From contig OX597817.1 in assembly GCA_951406725.2 (NCBI GenBank), forward strand, positions 140,244,001 to 140,308,000: a stretch of 64,000 nt of DNA. Reading direction: 5' to 3'. The stretch comes from Octopus vulgaris. Lineage: Eukaryota. Below are positions 26,178 through 40,624 of this stretch, piece by piece. Numbering within the stretch: the first letter of the stretch is position 1; every line of letters starts with the position of its first letter. The position numbers were made by a program, and so were the translations under genes. The notes beneath the pieces were generated by a model. That model had not been told where the DNA came from. It saw nothing but the letters and a program-made list of their open reading frames with translations, and ran no database searches.

Positions 26178-27726
26178 CCTCTCTGTCTACTTATCTTTTA
26201 TAATTATCCACCTATCTAACCCTCCTCTCTCTCCCAGTCTCTCAATCTATCTACTTCTATCTCCCTCTTTCTCTTTCTATTCTACCTCTCTTTCTCTTTT
26301 TCTCCCTTTATGCCTTGCTATTCATCTCTCGATTTATCTCAACCCTTTTTTTGCCTATCGATCCCTTTGATTCCTCTGTCTCACTCGTGTGGACCCTGAT
26401 AGCCATTCGATCTTTAAATGACCACATATTTTCATAATTAAATATTACCAGCGATTGTACAAAAAAGTTGTTAAAATATTTTCTGAACTGAAGAAGCAGA
26501 AGTAAAATATTGGGCAAAAATTTCAATAACGGAATCTTATATGGGTCCGCGACGGTCAAATGGGCGCCGGTTGAGGACCCTTGGTGTGTCTTTATGTCTA
26601 TTCACATTGTATAAGTAATTGTTACTCTGAGCAAATAACAAGTAGTTACCCTCGAGAGAAAGGCTTGGGTGTAGAAAAGGTGTAGTGAGATGCAGGGGCG
26701 GAATAGAGAAAACAACAGAAATAAAAACAGCAAAAACATATACAATAACAAATAACAACAACATCAACCACAACAACAACAACAACAACAACATCAGCTT
26801 CAACATCAACATCAACAACCACCTTGAATAGCAGAAAATCTATTTTCCCATTCCCGATGTCACGATGTCTTGCAGGATGTAATGAAAGACTCTCGATGCA
26901 GTCGCTGGATTTGCTAAAAGTAACAACCTACGCTCTTCAAAATTGAAGTACACATTGGAAATAATTAGCCGTCCCTGATATCTAAAACCGTAGGCAGGTC
27001 TCGGTTGGAACGCTTTTCTATATAGAATCTAACTGTTCGTAGATGCTAGAAACGATGTCACAACTGAAGTGACAATCCCCGTTAGACCACCCATCCTGTA
27101 CTGTCTGCTTGATCATCACTTCCGATAACTCCATTTCTCCGTTCATTTGTCTGTAAATTAATGCCCTTCATGGAGACAGAGTCACCCAATAGTCAAATAT
27201 TAACGTGTGGTCTGTGAATATTTGGTGCTATATTCAAATCCTGTGGAAGAAATGGTTATAGAATCATGAAGATGATCCAGTACCCAGTTTCGTACTAAAA
27301 TCATCTAGAAGACCACCACCACCACCACCATCTTTAACATCTCACTGCTCCCTCCATGTTTGTTATTGAACTTGAAACTCTGACCTGATAGTATGGACTG
27401 TACAGAAAATGCACGTGAGGCAATGCTGAGCACAGGCACCTGTTTAACGAAGTTTTCAGCTGATCTTTGAGTTACTTCTTGGTTCCTCCAGCCAGGCATT
27501 GGAGGACCGACCGTGCTGTTGCTGGCCGTTGAAGATCCTAGCGGAGACGAGAGTCGGTCTGTTATTATACACACCACATATCTGAGTTACCTCAACTGCT
27601 GTCTGTTTATCGTGTGGAGCCAATGTTTCTGACGAAGGATGTATGCGTGAATAATCCCATTTAGCCAAGCAACTAAACACATCTTCAATAAGCTGAGAAC
27701 AATAAAGAACCTCCCTTCCTCTCAGT

Positions 27727-28081
27727 CTTGAGGCGAGCCAAGGTGGCGAGCTGGCAGAAACGTTAGCACGCCGGGCGAAATGCTTAGCGGTATCTCGTCT
27801 GCTGCTACGTTCTGAGTTCAAATTCCGCCGAGTTCGACTTTGCCTTTCATCCTTTCGGAGTCGATTAAATACGTACCAGTTACGCACTGGGTTCGATATA
27901 ATCGACTTAATCCGTTTGTCTGTCCTTGTTTGTCCTCTCTGTATGTAGCCCCTTGTGGGTAGTAAAGAAAAAGGTATTTCGCCTGCTGCTACGCTGTGAG
28001 TTCAAATTCTGCCGAGGTCGACTTTGCCTTTCCTCCTTTACTACCTTTTGTGGGTAGTAAAGAAATAAGTAAAGAACTTGA
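27727..28081 (+). mobile_element. SINE family A (full unit + partial second unit) inserted in a decayed RTE endonuclease region
   Basis: Family A sequence with a 5' extra CTTGAGGCGAGCC; 3' flank translates KELDIIDTIYLFQH (APE-like 'EL.ITNT.FQ'). Confidence 0.85.
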
Positions 28082-28429
28082 TATTATCGATACAATTTAT
28101 TTGTTCCAACATCAGGTATGTCTGCACCCGGGTGAGTAGAATGGAAACACAGAGTACTCGGTAGTCATGGAAATTTGGTATGGAGAATGAGATGGTTGTT
28201 TATAAAGATTCTCGCGATCTTCTCTGGTTGGAATGGAATCTCTTGTTTTAACGTGCAGTTGTTAGGGTATGATATTTCCAAGCTGCGTTCAGATCTGATT
28301 TTGGTGATGATGGAGAGCAGCCTTCTGAATCCGAAAAGGTTCCCGTCGACTCATAAGTCAATAATGACTCTTGTGTCTCTTTCATTCCTTTTGTGTGACC
28401 ATGTTGTCCGACAAAAACAAGAATATATG

Positions 28430-28640
28430 TTTCAAATTTCGGCACAAGGCCAGCCATTTCACAGGAGGTGGGGGGGGGGGTTAGTCGATTACATCGACCT
28501 CTGCTACCTATTTTATCGATTCCGAAAGGCTGAAAGGCAAAGCCAGCCTCGGCGGAATTTAAACTGAGAACGTAAAGACGGACGAAATGCTGCTGAACAT
28601 TTTGACCGGCATGCTAACGATTTTCTCAGTTTGCCGCCTT
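28430..28640 (-). mobile_element. SINE family A, alternative-tail subtype
   Basis: Same head and core; tail ..GGCCTTGTGCCGAAATTTGAAA on the minus strand. Confidence 0.8.
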
Positions 28641-28649
28641 GAAGAATAT

Positions 28650-29050
28650 ATTAAATGGTAAAAGGAACCAGCTTCCACATTTCACATGGCTTCCCACCAA
28701 TTCTGGTTCTGATCTCGGTGTGGAATTGGCGGAGAAGATTTATGTACTTGAATGGAAAATAAAACTTTTTGAGGACATCTCAACAGAAGGTTTCTGCTTA
28801 CATGAGTCAAAGGTTTTCGACGGATGTACATTTGCAATCAACAAGGTCCTGGTCTTCCGCCTTGCATTTCTCCTGGTAGCAAAGATCATGTTTGAGCGGA
28901 CGTCGAAGCACCGTCATTCTGGTCTGGTGGTATTTTCCAATGTTTATTAGAGCAATCCCGCGAGCATAATAAACCAGGTCTGTTCCTTCACAACGATGGA
29001 CGGGAGTACTCTGTACCTAGTGTTGGAACAAATACATTGTGTCGATACTA
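28650..29050 (-). mobile_element. decayed RTE LINE (APE/RT fragments)
   Basis: Minus translation fragments MIFAT..QEKCK..KTFDS.VSRN..KYINLLRQFH match RTE RT motifs. Confidence 0.55.
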
Positions 29051-29319
29051 TCAAGTTCTTTACTTATTTCTTTATTACCCACCAGGGGCTAAACACAGAG
29101 AGGACAAACAAGGGCAGACAAACGGATTAAGTCGATTATATCGACCCCAGTGCGTAACTGGTACTTATTTAATCGACCCCGAAAGGATGAAAGGCAAAGT
29201 CGAACTCGGCGGAATTTGAACTCAGAACGTAGCGGCAGACGAGATACCGCTAAGCATTTTGCCCGGCGTGCTAACGTTTCTGCCAGCTCGCCGCCTTGGC
29301 TCGCCTCAAGTTCTTTACT
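29051..29319 (-). mobile_element. SINE family A with 14-bp TSD
   Basis: TCAAGTTCTTTACT at 29051-29064 and 29306-29319. Confidence 0.9.
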
Positions 29320-29643
29320 GAACTCGAAACCCCTGTTTCTATGTACACACCCACACCTACACACACGCACACACATTCACCCCGCCCCTCACCACCACAG
29401 CTCCTACCGCTATCGCCGCCACCGCCAAAGAAAGGAGAGATTTCACAAAGAAGGCAGTTTCATCTTACAGAATCAAAATCGCGGCTCCTCTTGAACAGTA
29501 AAGATAGAAAGAAGGAAGGAAGGAAAGACAAAAGAACGAAAACGGGGGAAGAAAAACTTTTAAAAACGTGACATTCAATGGAAGTGTGCTGTCTGGGCTT
29601 ATTCAGTGTAATCACCCCCCCTCACTCTCTCTCTTTCTTTCTT

Positions 29644-29710
<67 letters not shown>

Positions 29711-29759
29711 CATTCTCTAGTGTCGATCTCATTTTCATACATATAAACACAAACGTATG

Positions 29760-30127
29760 TATGTAAACATATATATGTATATGTATGTATATATACACAC
29801 ACACACTCTCTCTCACACACACATATATATATATACTCATACATATATATGCATATATATATGTATATGTATTTACATATATACGCATGTATATATACAT
29901 GTATGCACACACACACACGCACACACACACACACACATATATATACTCATACATATACATGTATATATATGTATATGTATTTACATATACACGCATGTAT
30001 ATATACATGTATACACACACGCACACACACACACACACATATATATATATACTCATACACATACATGTATATATATGTATGTGCATTTACATATACACGC
30101 ATGTATATATACATGTATACACACACG

Positions 30128-30161
<34 letters not shown>

Positions 30162-30451
30162 CTCATACACATACATGTATATATATGTATATGTATTTAC
30201 ATATATACGCATGTATATATACATGTATGCACACACACACACACGCACACACATACACACACACACACATATACTCATACATATATATGCATATATATAT
30301 ATGTATATGTATTTACATATATATGCATGTATATATACATGTATGCACACACACACTCTCTCTCTCACACACACATATATATATACTCATACATATGCAT
30401 GTATATATATGTATATCTATTTACATATATACGCATGTATATATACATATA

Positions 30452-30489
<38 letters not shown>

Positions 30490-30810
30490 CTCATACATAT
30501 ACATGTATATATATGTATATGTATTTACATATACACGCATGTATATATACATGTATGCACACACGCACAAACACACATATATATATATATATACTCATAC
30601 ACATACATGTATATATATGTATGTGCATTTACATATATACGCATGTATATATATATACAAGTATGCACACACACACACACACATATACTCATACATATAC
30701 ATGTATATATATGTATACGTATTTACATACATACGCATGTATATATACATGTATGCACACACACACACACACACATACACACACACACACACACGCATAC
30801 ACACATGCAT
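29760..30810. repeat. higher-order minisatellite (~110-120-bp units built from CA/TA microsatellites)
   Basis: Anchor ACTCATACA..TTTACATATAYACGCATGTATATATACATGTAT recurs about nine times. Confidence 0.85.
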
Positions 30811-33800
30811 ACAAAGGTATAAAACCATATTGACAGATCTATAGAAATTCAATCATTGTTATGAAGATGCAAATATATATAATGTATACAACAACAGAAA
30901 CACACACACACACACACACACACACTCGCATACACGTAGTAACACCTTCACAAGCTTAGATGTGTATTGCTTCACTATTCATCTTTCATATATTTTTATC
31001 TGTTATCAATATTGTTTGATGTTTTTGTTTTTGTTGTTTTTGTTTAGCCCCAGGTCAATCCTGTAAGGACAGAGCACTAATCAAAGCGTTCCAGCCGAGA
31101 CCAGCCCGTAGGACACCTCCCACCCCACTCCCTGCACGTGCGAGGAAGTCAGGCCCACATTACTCAATCTGTTTCTTTTCTTTAAAAGACGGTAAGAAGT
31201 GGTTTGAGGAAGATTTGGCTGTCATTTCTAACAGGCCCAGAGGCCACATACAAGTTTCTCTGTCGACTCGATATTGTTTGTATTGATAGGTAGTAGAGTC
31301 GGTTGAGTGTCGAACAGAGAATCTGGTGCTACAATCTGAGTTCAAATGTCATTGAACTGAACTTTACTTTTCATCTCTCAGGGGGTCAATAAATATACTG
31401 TTAGGCCGATTTAATCGATTATTGATGACTTTCTGCCTATTTTAGAGATCAATATTATTTGTACTCTTAGTGTTTTCGGCCATTTTCTGATTCCACTCTT
31501 CCTTCCTTACCTCCTTCCTTCCTTCGGGATTGACAAATAAATACCTGTTTTGTAAGAGGGGGGTTGGCTTAAACGGAAATAGCTCCTCCCACAAAAGGTT
31601 TGATTTGAGTCATCGAAGCAACCTTTATATAATCGCTCAGCCAGCTAGAAATAGAAGCTAAACTCAACCTTCTGAAACAACCCACCATTTTAAAAGTAGC
31701 ACTTTGGATAATGTGATCCTAAGTGCCCTGTGTCTGGCAAAATGACTGGATGGTCAACATTGGATAGTCTTTGATCACAGGTCTGCTGAATTAAGGTTGC
31801 CCGGGGGCTAAGTAGCACCAATAATAGTGTGACTTCCTGCCAATACAGAATATCGATAGCAATGGATATCAATATCACTGTTGCATTTAGTTTTACACCT
31901 CATCCCCATCTCATATCTTTGCAGTTCAAATTCCAGAAATTGAGACATTTTCTTTAATTCTTTGGAGTGAGATCAATTCAACAGACTTTCTGCCAATAAT
32001 TGATCTTGTGACTTGGTAAGAATCTAAGAATCTGTGTTACGTCGAGGCTATAAAGCGAGAAGTAAGTCACCCGCTGGGCCGAACCTGTCTTATGAGGAGG
32101 CTGCAAAGTAAGCTACAAGCTAACTGTGGACTGAATCTGTGTTATATTAAGGCGATAGAGCAATAGGTAGGTTACCCGCTCTGCCGAATGCGCTAACTGC
32201 AATTTCTCATGGAAGTAGTGCCGTCTGTTTAACACTCTTAACGTATGAACATAACCGTGAAGGCCAGTTTCCCCTCTATAACGCAGGATCATGTAGCTAA
32301 GAGAGGACCATATTATTGTTGACGATTGGCTTTCGATTTTAGCATTTATCGATCAACTGAATCACTAATAAACTTCGTGGAAGGTAAGAATGAATGTCTC
32401 AACCTCATATATTTTTTCTTTCACCAAAATAAGCGCTGTCCAATTTATGGACCAAATTCTTGACCGCAGTACATCTATATACCACATAAGTCGCAGTAAA
32501 AATCCGAGATGGTCACCAAGATAGAATCTGTTGCTGTTGAAATGTGTGGTAAAATGTAAATAAGGTTTGTTGTGAAACATAATTTATTTACTAAAACATC
32601 AGCATGACAGCCACAACACAATACTTACTGCAACCAAATCTGAAGAATTTTTTCTGAAAAAAATTATCAAATATTAAGGCATTAACATTTTCGATACTTG
32701 ATACTTTTTTAAAAATCATATATTCAAATATGAGGTACATTCACCTCAAGAATTTGTCAATTCCGTCATCCTTCACCACAAGGCATGGAAATATGCTTCG
32801 TTTTAAATTTCCAGCACTTCATGTTGGAAGCGGCCATAATGGATTTTTTTGTGTGAAAGTCATAAAAATTTCACTTAATTTTTTTATTAAAAATTTGCAA
32901 TATTCTTGATGTGAACTCATGTGTTGAAACATATTTCGTTGTATTTCGGGAGGGTCATTACTCCAATAATAACACATGCACTGTTTCTATTTCATTTCTT
33001 TGCATTTTTTTTATTACTTAACCAGTTAACTAATTGATTGTTTGATTAATCGCTTTGCCAATCAATCAACCAACAAGGTTTCTCAACGTCCCTTCGTCGC
33101 CATTCGTGACCTCATTATTGACGTGCTTTTTCAAGGCTGTTTCTTTATTAACCAACTCGTACTGATCTATGGGCAGTGTTGTAAAGGTTAAGTCGGCGAC
33201 CTTCGGGTAACTGTGATGCAAGATTAATGATGGGCGACGTATATTAAAGATACATATGTGTTCGAATCTAATCTTTTCTTTTTCTCATCAAAGATTTTCC
33301 ACAATTCCTCATCAGTCCTTTAGTCTAGTTTAGTTTGAAAAAATAATCTTCTTAAACATCAACGTCTCAATGCACTCTCGCTCACATCCTCTGAGTGGTG
33401 AAAGTGGTGTTGCCGTGATTTGCATTCGCTAGTAAGTGATCATCAGAACTTATAAAGTCGTAGTCGTTGGGTTTAAACTTGTTTAATGGTTATCTTATCA
33501 TATTTCGTATTTCATATGTTTGTTTCTGTATATAGTTTTCGTTTGTATTTTGATATTTATAAAGCTTCCATACTAAATGTTTTAATTTTCTCTGGAAATA
33601 CTAAAATATGCACTATAATGAAATTTGTAAGGGTTCCATTTGATCGGCTAAATCCACAAATATGGTGCCTTAAGTATGGCCCCAAAACAATGACTGAAAG
33701 CAGGATAAATTTTTTTAAATATTTGTTTAAAGGTAAAATGTGTCATTCATTAAAATGGTTCCAAATTTGGGAACCCTTGTCATAAACATCGTCACACAAT

Positions 33801-34981
33801 CAGGTACTGGTTGTTCATGGCATTTATAACTTTGAAACGGAGGACCGACAGGCTGCCTCTTCATCTACCCTACTGTCTTTTTACGGGCTCCGCTTGGTAC
33901 CATGATATTCTTCTGATAGCATATTCCTCCATTTATTATCACCTATTCCCACCTGTCTGGAAAGATGTTTCTGGTATATTTTGTGATGCTGAAAATGTTT
34001 CTTTATTATGTCTTAGATAGATGAAGATGAAAGGTATCCATTCTGTTTTGTTATATGGAACGGAAGACAGGAAGAAAATACGACGTGTGTGGGAGACACA
34101 CTGGAAGAATCTACGAAATATATATAGATATAGATATATGCATACTCTCTCTCTAACATACACACACACAGACTCACAGATGCACACACGCACACATACG
34201 CACAGAGACACACATGCATATATATATATATTCAAATAAAGTCCTACTAATCGTTTCTTGCCATTGAGACACGTGGTTTGGCAGATTTATGTAATATGCC
34301 TTATGTCTCCAAGTATTCTTGAAGCTCTAGGCACATGATTTGAAGATAGAACTCTGGTACATCAGAATCGACAAGAAAAACGAGAAAGAATAAGAGAGAA
34401 TAAGAAGACAAATAGGGAATTAGAAGACAAAGAGTGGATAAAAACAGAAAAGAAAAGAAAAGAAATAGTGTTACGCCTAAAAGAAAGAAAATTAGTGTTA
34501 CGCCTAACACTACGACTGTAGAAACATTAAACTAGCTGGTGTAGAATAATTCAACGGAAGGAATCCAAAATCTGGGGACAGTTGCTTAGTCTGGTATAAG
34601 TGGTGTCCTTCAATTCGTCAAAAGAAATTTGTCCATATGCTTGCATTTTCTGAAAATTTCGGATCTGAAATTAAGTAGTATGGTGGTATTCTCGGAGCTC
34701 TAAGGAATGTGAGATCTTTCACTTACGCATCAGTTGCATCTTAGATCCATTTACATATGGTTTAGATTTCTCCACGATTTTCCATTTGATTGTATATGGT
34801 GTGCAATTGGTCTTCAAACCCCGTATGTAGCTAGCAAACTTAATGATTTTACTTTTGTTGATGTGCCGGAAAGAAGACTGGTGGTTTGCTCAACATCTTT
34901 TAAAATTGCCGTCGCAATAGACGTAATTCTTCTTTTCAAATACGTTATCTTGAAGCGATGCTGTGACGACAGAGTTTATCA

Positions 34982-35350
34982 TCTCTCTATATATAAACGG
35001 CAAAATGTCTGTCTGTGTGTGTATCCTTTATACAAATCCACAATTTTTCAGTTAGAGGACTCGCACTTTCTATGGTCATTCAAAACCGTCCAAGAGTGGT
35101 CGTGCACATCTTTACATTTCCCCAGTCACCCCGCAAAGCCATTAAAAAAATCAATAGAAGTGACATTTTTGTGAATTTTCTATCCAAAACCCAATCAAAA
35201 TGCCCGAAACTTGATACGCCAATTGAATGCCAGCTAGCTGTATATGATTGGTCGGAAATTTGGACAGTACTCGCGTGTATGTGCTTACGCACGCAGCTGT
35301 ATATGCATGCACTAGCACTATGACCTGGCGTTGCCGGGTCATAGTGCTAG
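34982..35350 (+). mobile_element. non-autonomous Helitron
   Basis: 5' TC(TC)TATATATAAA start, internal GTCT/GT repeat, 3' GC-rich hairpin ending CTAG; second copy at 63837-64000. Confidence 0.75.
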
Positions 35351-35369
35351 AATAGTATAAACTGTTGAG

Positions 35370-35658
35370 GCTGAAGCTTGCTCACTTGACCAGGTGCATC
35401 GGATAAACTCTGTTGTCCTTCATCAAGACACTTTATTTCACATTGCTCCAGACCACTCAGCTGGCAAAAATGAGTAGTACCTGCATTTTAAAGGGCCGGC
35501 CTTGTCACACTCTGTGTTACACTGAATTTCCCTGAGAGCTACGATAAGGGTACGCATGTCTGTGGAGTGCTCATCCACTTGCACGTTAATTTCACGACCA
35601 GGCTGTTCTGTTGATTGGATCAACTAGAACCCACGTCCTTGTAACCGATGAAGTGCCA
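35370..35658 (+). mobile_element. SINE family C-related copy with decayed head
   Basis: CAAGACACTTTATTTCACATTGCTCCAGACCACTCAGCTGG..GTAACCGATGAAGTGCC; homologous to 61012-61308. Confidence 0.75.
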
Positions 35659-35740
35659 GGTATATATATATATATATGTATGTGTGCGTGTGTGTGTGTG
35701 TGTGTGCGTGTGTATGTGTGTGTGTGTGCGTGTGTGTGTG

Positions 35741-35801
<61 letters not shown>

Positions 35802-38800
35802 GTTATATATAAGTAGGGAAAGTCGTCGACTGGCATTTGAACTCAGAACGTAAAGTCAGAAGAAATGCGACTAAAGCGTTTTGTGTGACGAGCGAATAAT
35901 TCTGGCAGTTCTCCGCCTCCACCGCCGCTGCCAACAACAGCAATAACAATACCAACAACAACAATAATAAAAATAATGGAAGGTAATAGAGTAGAAGCGA
36001 AGCTGTTATGCATTGGGATCAAACCTACCTGGAGGCACGTGATCACAAAGCGAGACTCTTAACCATGTGTCAATAACTAATTGCAGATGTGTGCAATGTG
36101 CATTTGGAAAGTGACATTGTGTAGTTATAGCTTAGTGATGCCTGTGTGTCTGCACAAATCTGTGTGTGTGTGTGTATGTATGTGGTAGATCTATACACTC
36201 GTTATTCACATTTACTTCTGTCATGGCCGCATTGGCTTTTATCGTCACTTGTCTCTGTTCAACCTGGAAATTGAGGCTTCTAAAAACTATACGGCTCAAA
36301 CGAATGATCAAAAAGCAACAGAGGCCAATTGTATACACTTTAACTGCTATATTCCGTTACTTTGTTGTCACTTATCTATATATTATGCGTTATCCAGGTT
36401 TCTCTCCTGTATTTAACGGAGTTCTATGAAGCCAACTTCCAATATATGTACCACATTACTGCCAATGAAGACAACGACAGAATTCGGTTGAAGACTAAAA
36501 GCAGTAAAACTGGAAGAATATAACTTCGACTTCTTTAAGTTGCGACTAAAGAAAGAAGTTTGGAATCGACTTTAGAACTTCTCTCTCTTCTTTCACCCAT
36601 TAATGTCGCATATTTTTTATTGAAAATCTTTAAGTCTAAAATGTTATTTTCTACTTTTAGTCGTTCCAACATCATCAGCAAAGGGGATTTCGGCAACGAG
36701 ATTTCAAATTCCATAAAACGTTATTCCAGAAAAGATCTTTATGCTGTATTATGAAGCTTTTTTTCCCCAATCGTTGTACACATCCCAAACGAAAAAATCA
36801 CAAAAGTACTAAAACTAATGACATTCCCTTAAAACATTACAACTTTATTCATTCTTTACTGTTTATCAATGTTACCTTTGATGCTTTCTAGTCACACCAT
36901 TCTCTTTTCTTCTTCTCTTATAACCAATTTCCAATACGTGCATCAAGCTAGAGCAAATGATAAAAGCTCTCCATCCCATTCTATGTGCAAAACTCCTCCT
37001 ATCTCTCACACACATGTACAATTTGTGTTTACACTCCGGTTCCATCTTTCTTTCTTCTATCTGCTTTATTAACACTAAATCTCCCATCGATATTGGGTCC
37101 AGTGTGATGTTATGCCATCAGAATAAATCTTAATATCTGTTAATTTGTTTGTTTTGTTGTGCAAGTGAATGGCCATTCAGCAGTCTGTGTATTTTCCAAG
37201 TAATTCACTGCCAGTTCTCGGAGTTACCAATCTTCCCTCGACTAAGGTCTGGTGGAACACAAAACCGTCATTATATTCAGGTTTTGAGTTTATCTTTAAC
37301 CACCACCACCACCACCACCACCACCACCGCCGCCGCCGCCGCCGCTGCTGCTACCATCGGTGGGTACATCCAGGTTGGTGCACGTGAAGGGCTGGAGATG
37401 CTGGCATAAGAACAAACCAACGTGACGTAATCGGTCAATGCATCCAAGTTTCGTTTTCGTTACAGCTTCTGTACAATGTCCGAGCCTGCATACGACGTTC
37501 TTAGAAGAAAGGGTCATGGATAATCACGGATCACTGCGAATGGTAAAGAGAGAGAATCTCTGCGGGGTGGGGCACTAGGTCTGCTAAAACAAGCAACCGA
37601 AAGTCCTTTCAATGGTGCTACTATGATAAAGAAGGCTATGTTGAATATGAGGCACAAGGTAGCCCTCGTATATGAAATGGTTACGGCTAAAACCCCTCTG
37701 ATTTTGGGTCTGCTTAATCAAGGCTGACTTGAGCCTAAGAACAACAACAACAAGAACAACAACAACAACATGGTAACAATCTAGGATGTGTCATCTGCAT
37801 ATAATTAACGATATGAGTCACGTGACTAATGTAGAGGAACTGTTTCAAGTGTGTCTTTTCTTCCTCCTCTGCCAAGAAGTCCTGAAATAGAAAAAAATGA
37901 AAGACGAGTTCAAAACTTCGAGCACCAAAAAGAAGAAGAAGAACAACAACAATAATAACAGAATAGCAAACTTAATTAAAAAATGTTTTTAAAAAATTTC
38001 TTTTGTCTTCGTTTTAGTCATAAATTCTATCAAAATTGATCGAAGTTAATCAATCAATCTATTATGTATAGACTAGTTCCCCTCCTTTAATTCTTCTTTA
38101 CAACATATTCTCCCACCCCACTCCCACCCTGCTGCAAGTATTCCTTACCCCTCCATCCCCACCTTGTCTCAGTTCTTGTATTCCTGAAACTTTCCTCCCA
38201 CCTCCCCCTCTACCTCACACTAATTCTATTCCTCTTCTTCCCCCTCTTCCCCCCCCCCCCACGCACACATTTCACTATTTTTCTTTCAGTAATTCTCCCC
38301 CCGCCCTCCCTTATATTCATATCGCTCTCCATTTCTCTTTTTACTTCCTGTTTTCTCAAAAGACTGAATCAACGAAAATATGGAATAAGGCGGGATTGGG
38401 GTGTGCGAGTCATTTTACCATTTCTTCCTAATCCCGGTTGTTTTCCAAAAGAAATATTTCCTCATCCCTGTCATACCCTCATCTACAAACAATACCATTC
38501 CACTTTCTTCAAATATTCCTTCTTTCCTTTCTTTCGTCTTTCCTTTCCCATATTTTTCTTATTTCATTCGTCTCATTCCCTCTCCATAAATTTCTTCCTT
38601 CTCAATATCCTTCCTCTTCCTCTTCCAACCTTCTCTCCTTTTCGTTCCTTGTTTTTATTCTAAAAGAATCGGTATACTGGTCCTTGCCTTTTTACGCTGT
38701 ACCTATTGTTAGCCAGGTAGACTGAGCTAACAAGGCCAGCCATTACAGTTATATTAATGTAGCTGGAACTACCAACCTGTTTGCAAGTGGCGACAAGAGG

Positions 38801-39904
38801 TTCTTCGTGAACAGATCCAAAGAATTTGCTTTTGCTTGAAATTCTAAAATACACCCCCCCCTCTCTCTCTTCATGTGACAAACCTGTTCTAAAGGCTTTC
38901 ACGATCAAAGCTTCTCCATACCAAAGTATGAAGAGTCTTGAGTTTTCATGCAAAACACGCAGTCGTGCTTTCCCTTTGCCTTCTGCCACAGTTTATTCTG
39001 CCGGTCTTTTGCTCTCCCAAACTTACTCTTAACATACAGAATGTATTTGACCCTAAGGCAGAGGGAGTGGTCCATGTGATATCAGAGCGTGTTCACACAC
39101 CTGTGGGCTTCCTTGACACAAATCTAGGGCCCAGTTGAACTCCAAGACTTGCATGCTTTAATCACAGAACAATTTTTGTGCTCTTTGACCAATAGTTCTT
39201 GCAAAGACAGGTAATACTATCCTAGATCGGAATGGAGCAGAGAGAAGCGGTTTTTAACATAAGACTCTTTACTCTTTCAAACTCCAGAGCAGCTCCTGCG
39301 CAACGACCTCTCTAACTGGATGCAGTTTAATGCTATCGAGTAAGAAATATATTTTTACTTTCTAACGGTGTTGAGAAGCAAGCACTGTCCCACAATCACG
39401 ACCACTATGAAGGATCTCTCGTTGAACGATAGGAAATTAACAGTGTAAGAGAAGAAAACACTCGTCGATCTAACTAACAGTGCTCCCGCTACCAACCTAT
39501 GCCAATTATTGTAATTTACAGGAATCAATCAATGACTTTCTTTCAGACACGACCCAGGATGGTTGAAAACAAGTAACCATTCATGCTCCAGTTTATGGTC
39601 CACTGCTCTAACAACCGGCGATGCTGTTACTATTAACTGAACATAGAGCTATAGGTGTGAAGTCAATCGTGTCCCTGTTATACAACTGGTATGAGATCTT
39701 GCACAAACGTCTGAATAAATATTTTCTTGTATTTATGGTTCGGTGTTACTACTGACTTGCAATATTGGCAAATTGTCGGTTGTACTTTGAGTTACGTCCT
39801 TAAGTACGGTCGGGTGTACTCTACACAATATTGTTTGTAGCGACATCTTTGTAAGGCGGTTTTGGAACAAGCGGAGGATAAACTCTGAATACTGGAAGGC
39901 TATA

Positions 39905-40314
39905 TATCTCTTTTACTTGATTCAGTCATTTTGACTGCGGCCATGCTGGAGCACCGCCTTTAGTCGAGCAAATCGACCCCGGAACTTATTCTTTGTAAGC
40001 CCAGTACTTATTCTATCGGTCTCTTTTGCCGAACCGCTAAGTGACGGGGACGTGAACACACCAGCATCGGTTGTCAAGCAATGCTAGGGGGACAAACACA
40101 GACGCACAAACATATACACACACATACATATATATATATATATACATATATACGACGGGCTTCTTTCAGTTTCCGTCTACCAAATCCACTCACAAGGCAT
40201 TGGTCAGCCCGAGGCTATAGTAGAAGACGCTTGCCCAAGATACCACGCAGTGGGACTGAACCCGGACCATGTGGTTGGTAAGCAAGCTACTTACCACACA
40301 GCCACTCCTGCGCC
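39905..40314 (-). mobile_element. SINE family B, full length
   Basis: Reverse complement of the 14311 family, head AGGCGCAGGAGTGGCTGTGTGG. Confidence 0.9.
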
Positions 40315-40329
40315 TATGTATAAATTCAG

Positions 40330-40408
40330 GAAACCAGAAGATGGACTGAACAGATTTTATCCCTAATCACGCAGTTGTTTCTGTGCAATGGAAACAGCTG
40401 TAAGTTTC
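40330..40408 (+). ncRNA. degenerate hammerhead motif with long stem II (PLE pLTR relic)
   Basis: GAAAC-CAGAAGA-...-GAAAC[AGCT]GTA-A-GTTTC; stem I GAAAC/GTTTC; palindromic ACAGCTGT; core U4 mutated. Confidence 0.45.
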
Positions 40409-40624
40409 TGAGTTTTCTATATTCTACTATTAAATGAAATATTATAAAAATAATTACATAAATAAGATCTACCAGCAGCTGTGAACCGACACATCATCAG
40501 GAGAGTGGTTTTCATAGCACTGCTCGATCATCACGTTCAATTGTTTTATAATACTCCATTGTGTATGTGTGTGTGTGTTTGTGCGTGTGTGTGTGCATGT
40601 AACTATGTATGAGTATATATATAT

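Noticed and set aside
38660-39840. Coding-like stretch (ORFs 38826-39138)
   Set aside because: Fragmented by stops and no recognisable motif; probably a decayed TE, but I cannot support a call.
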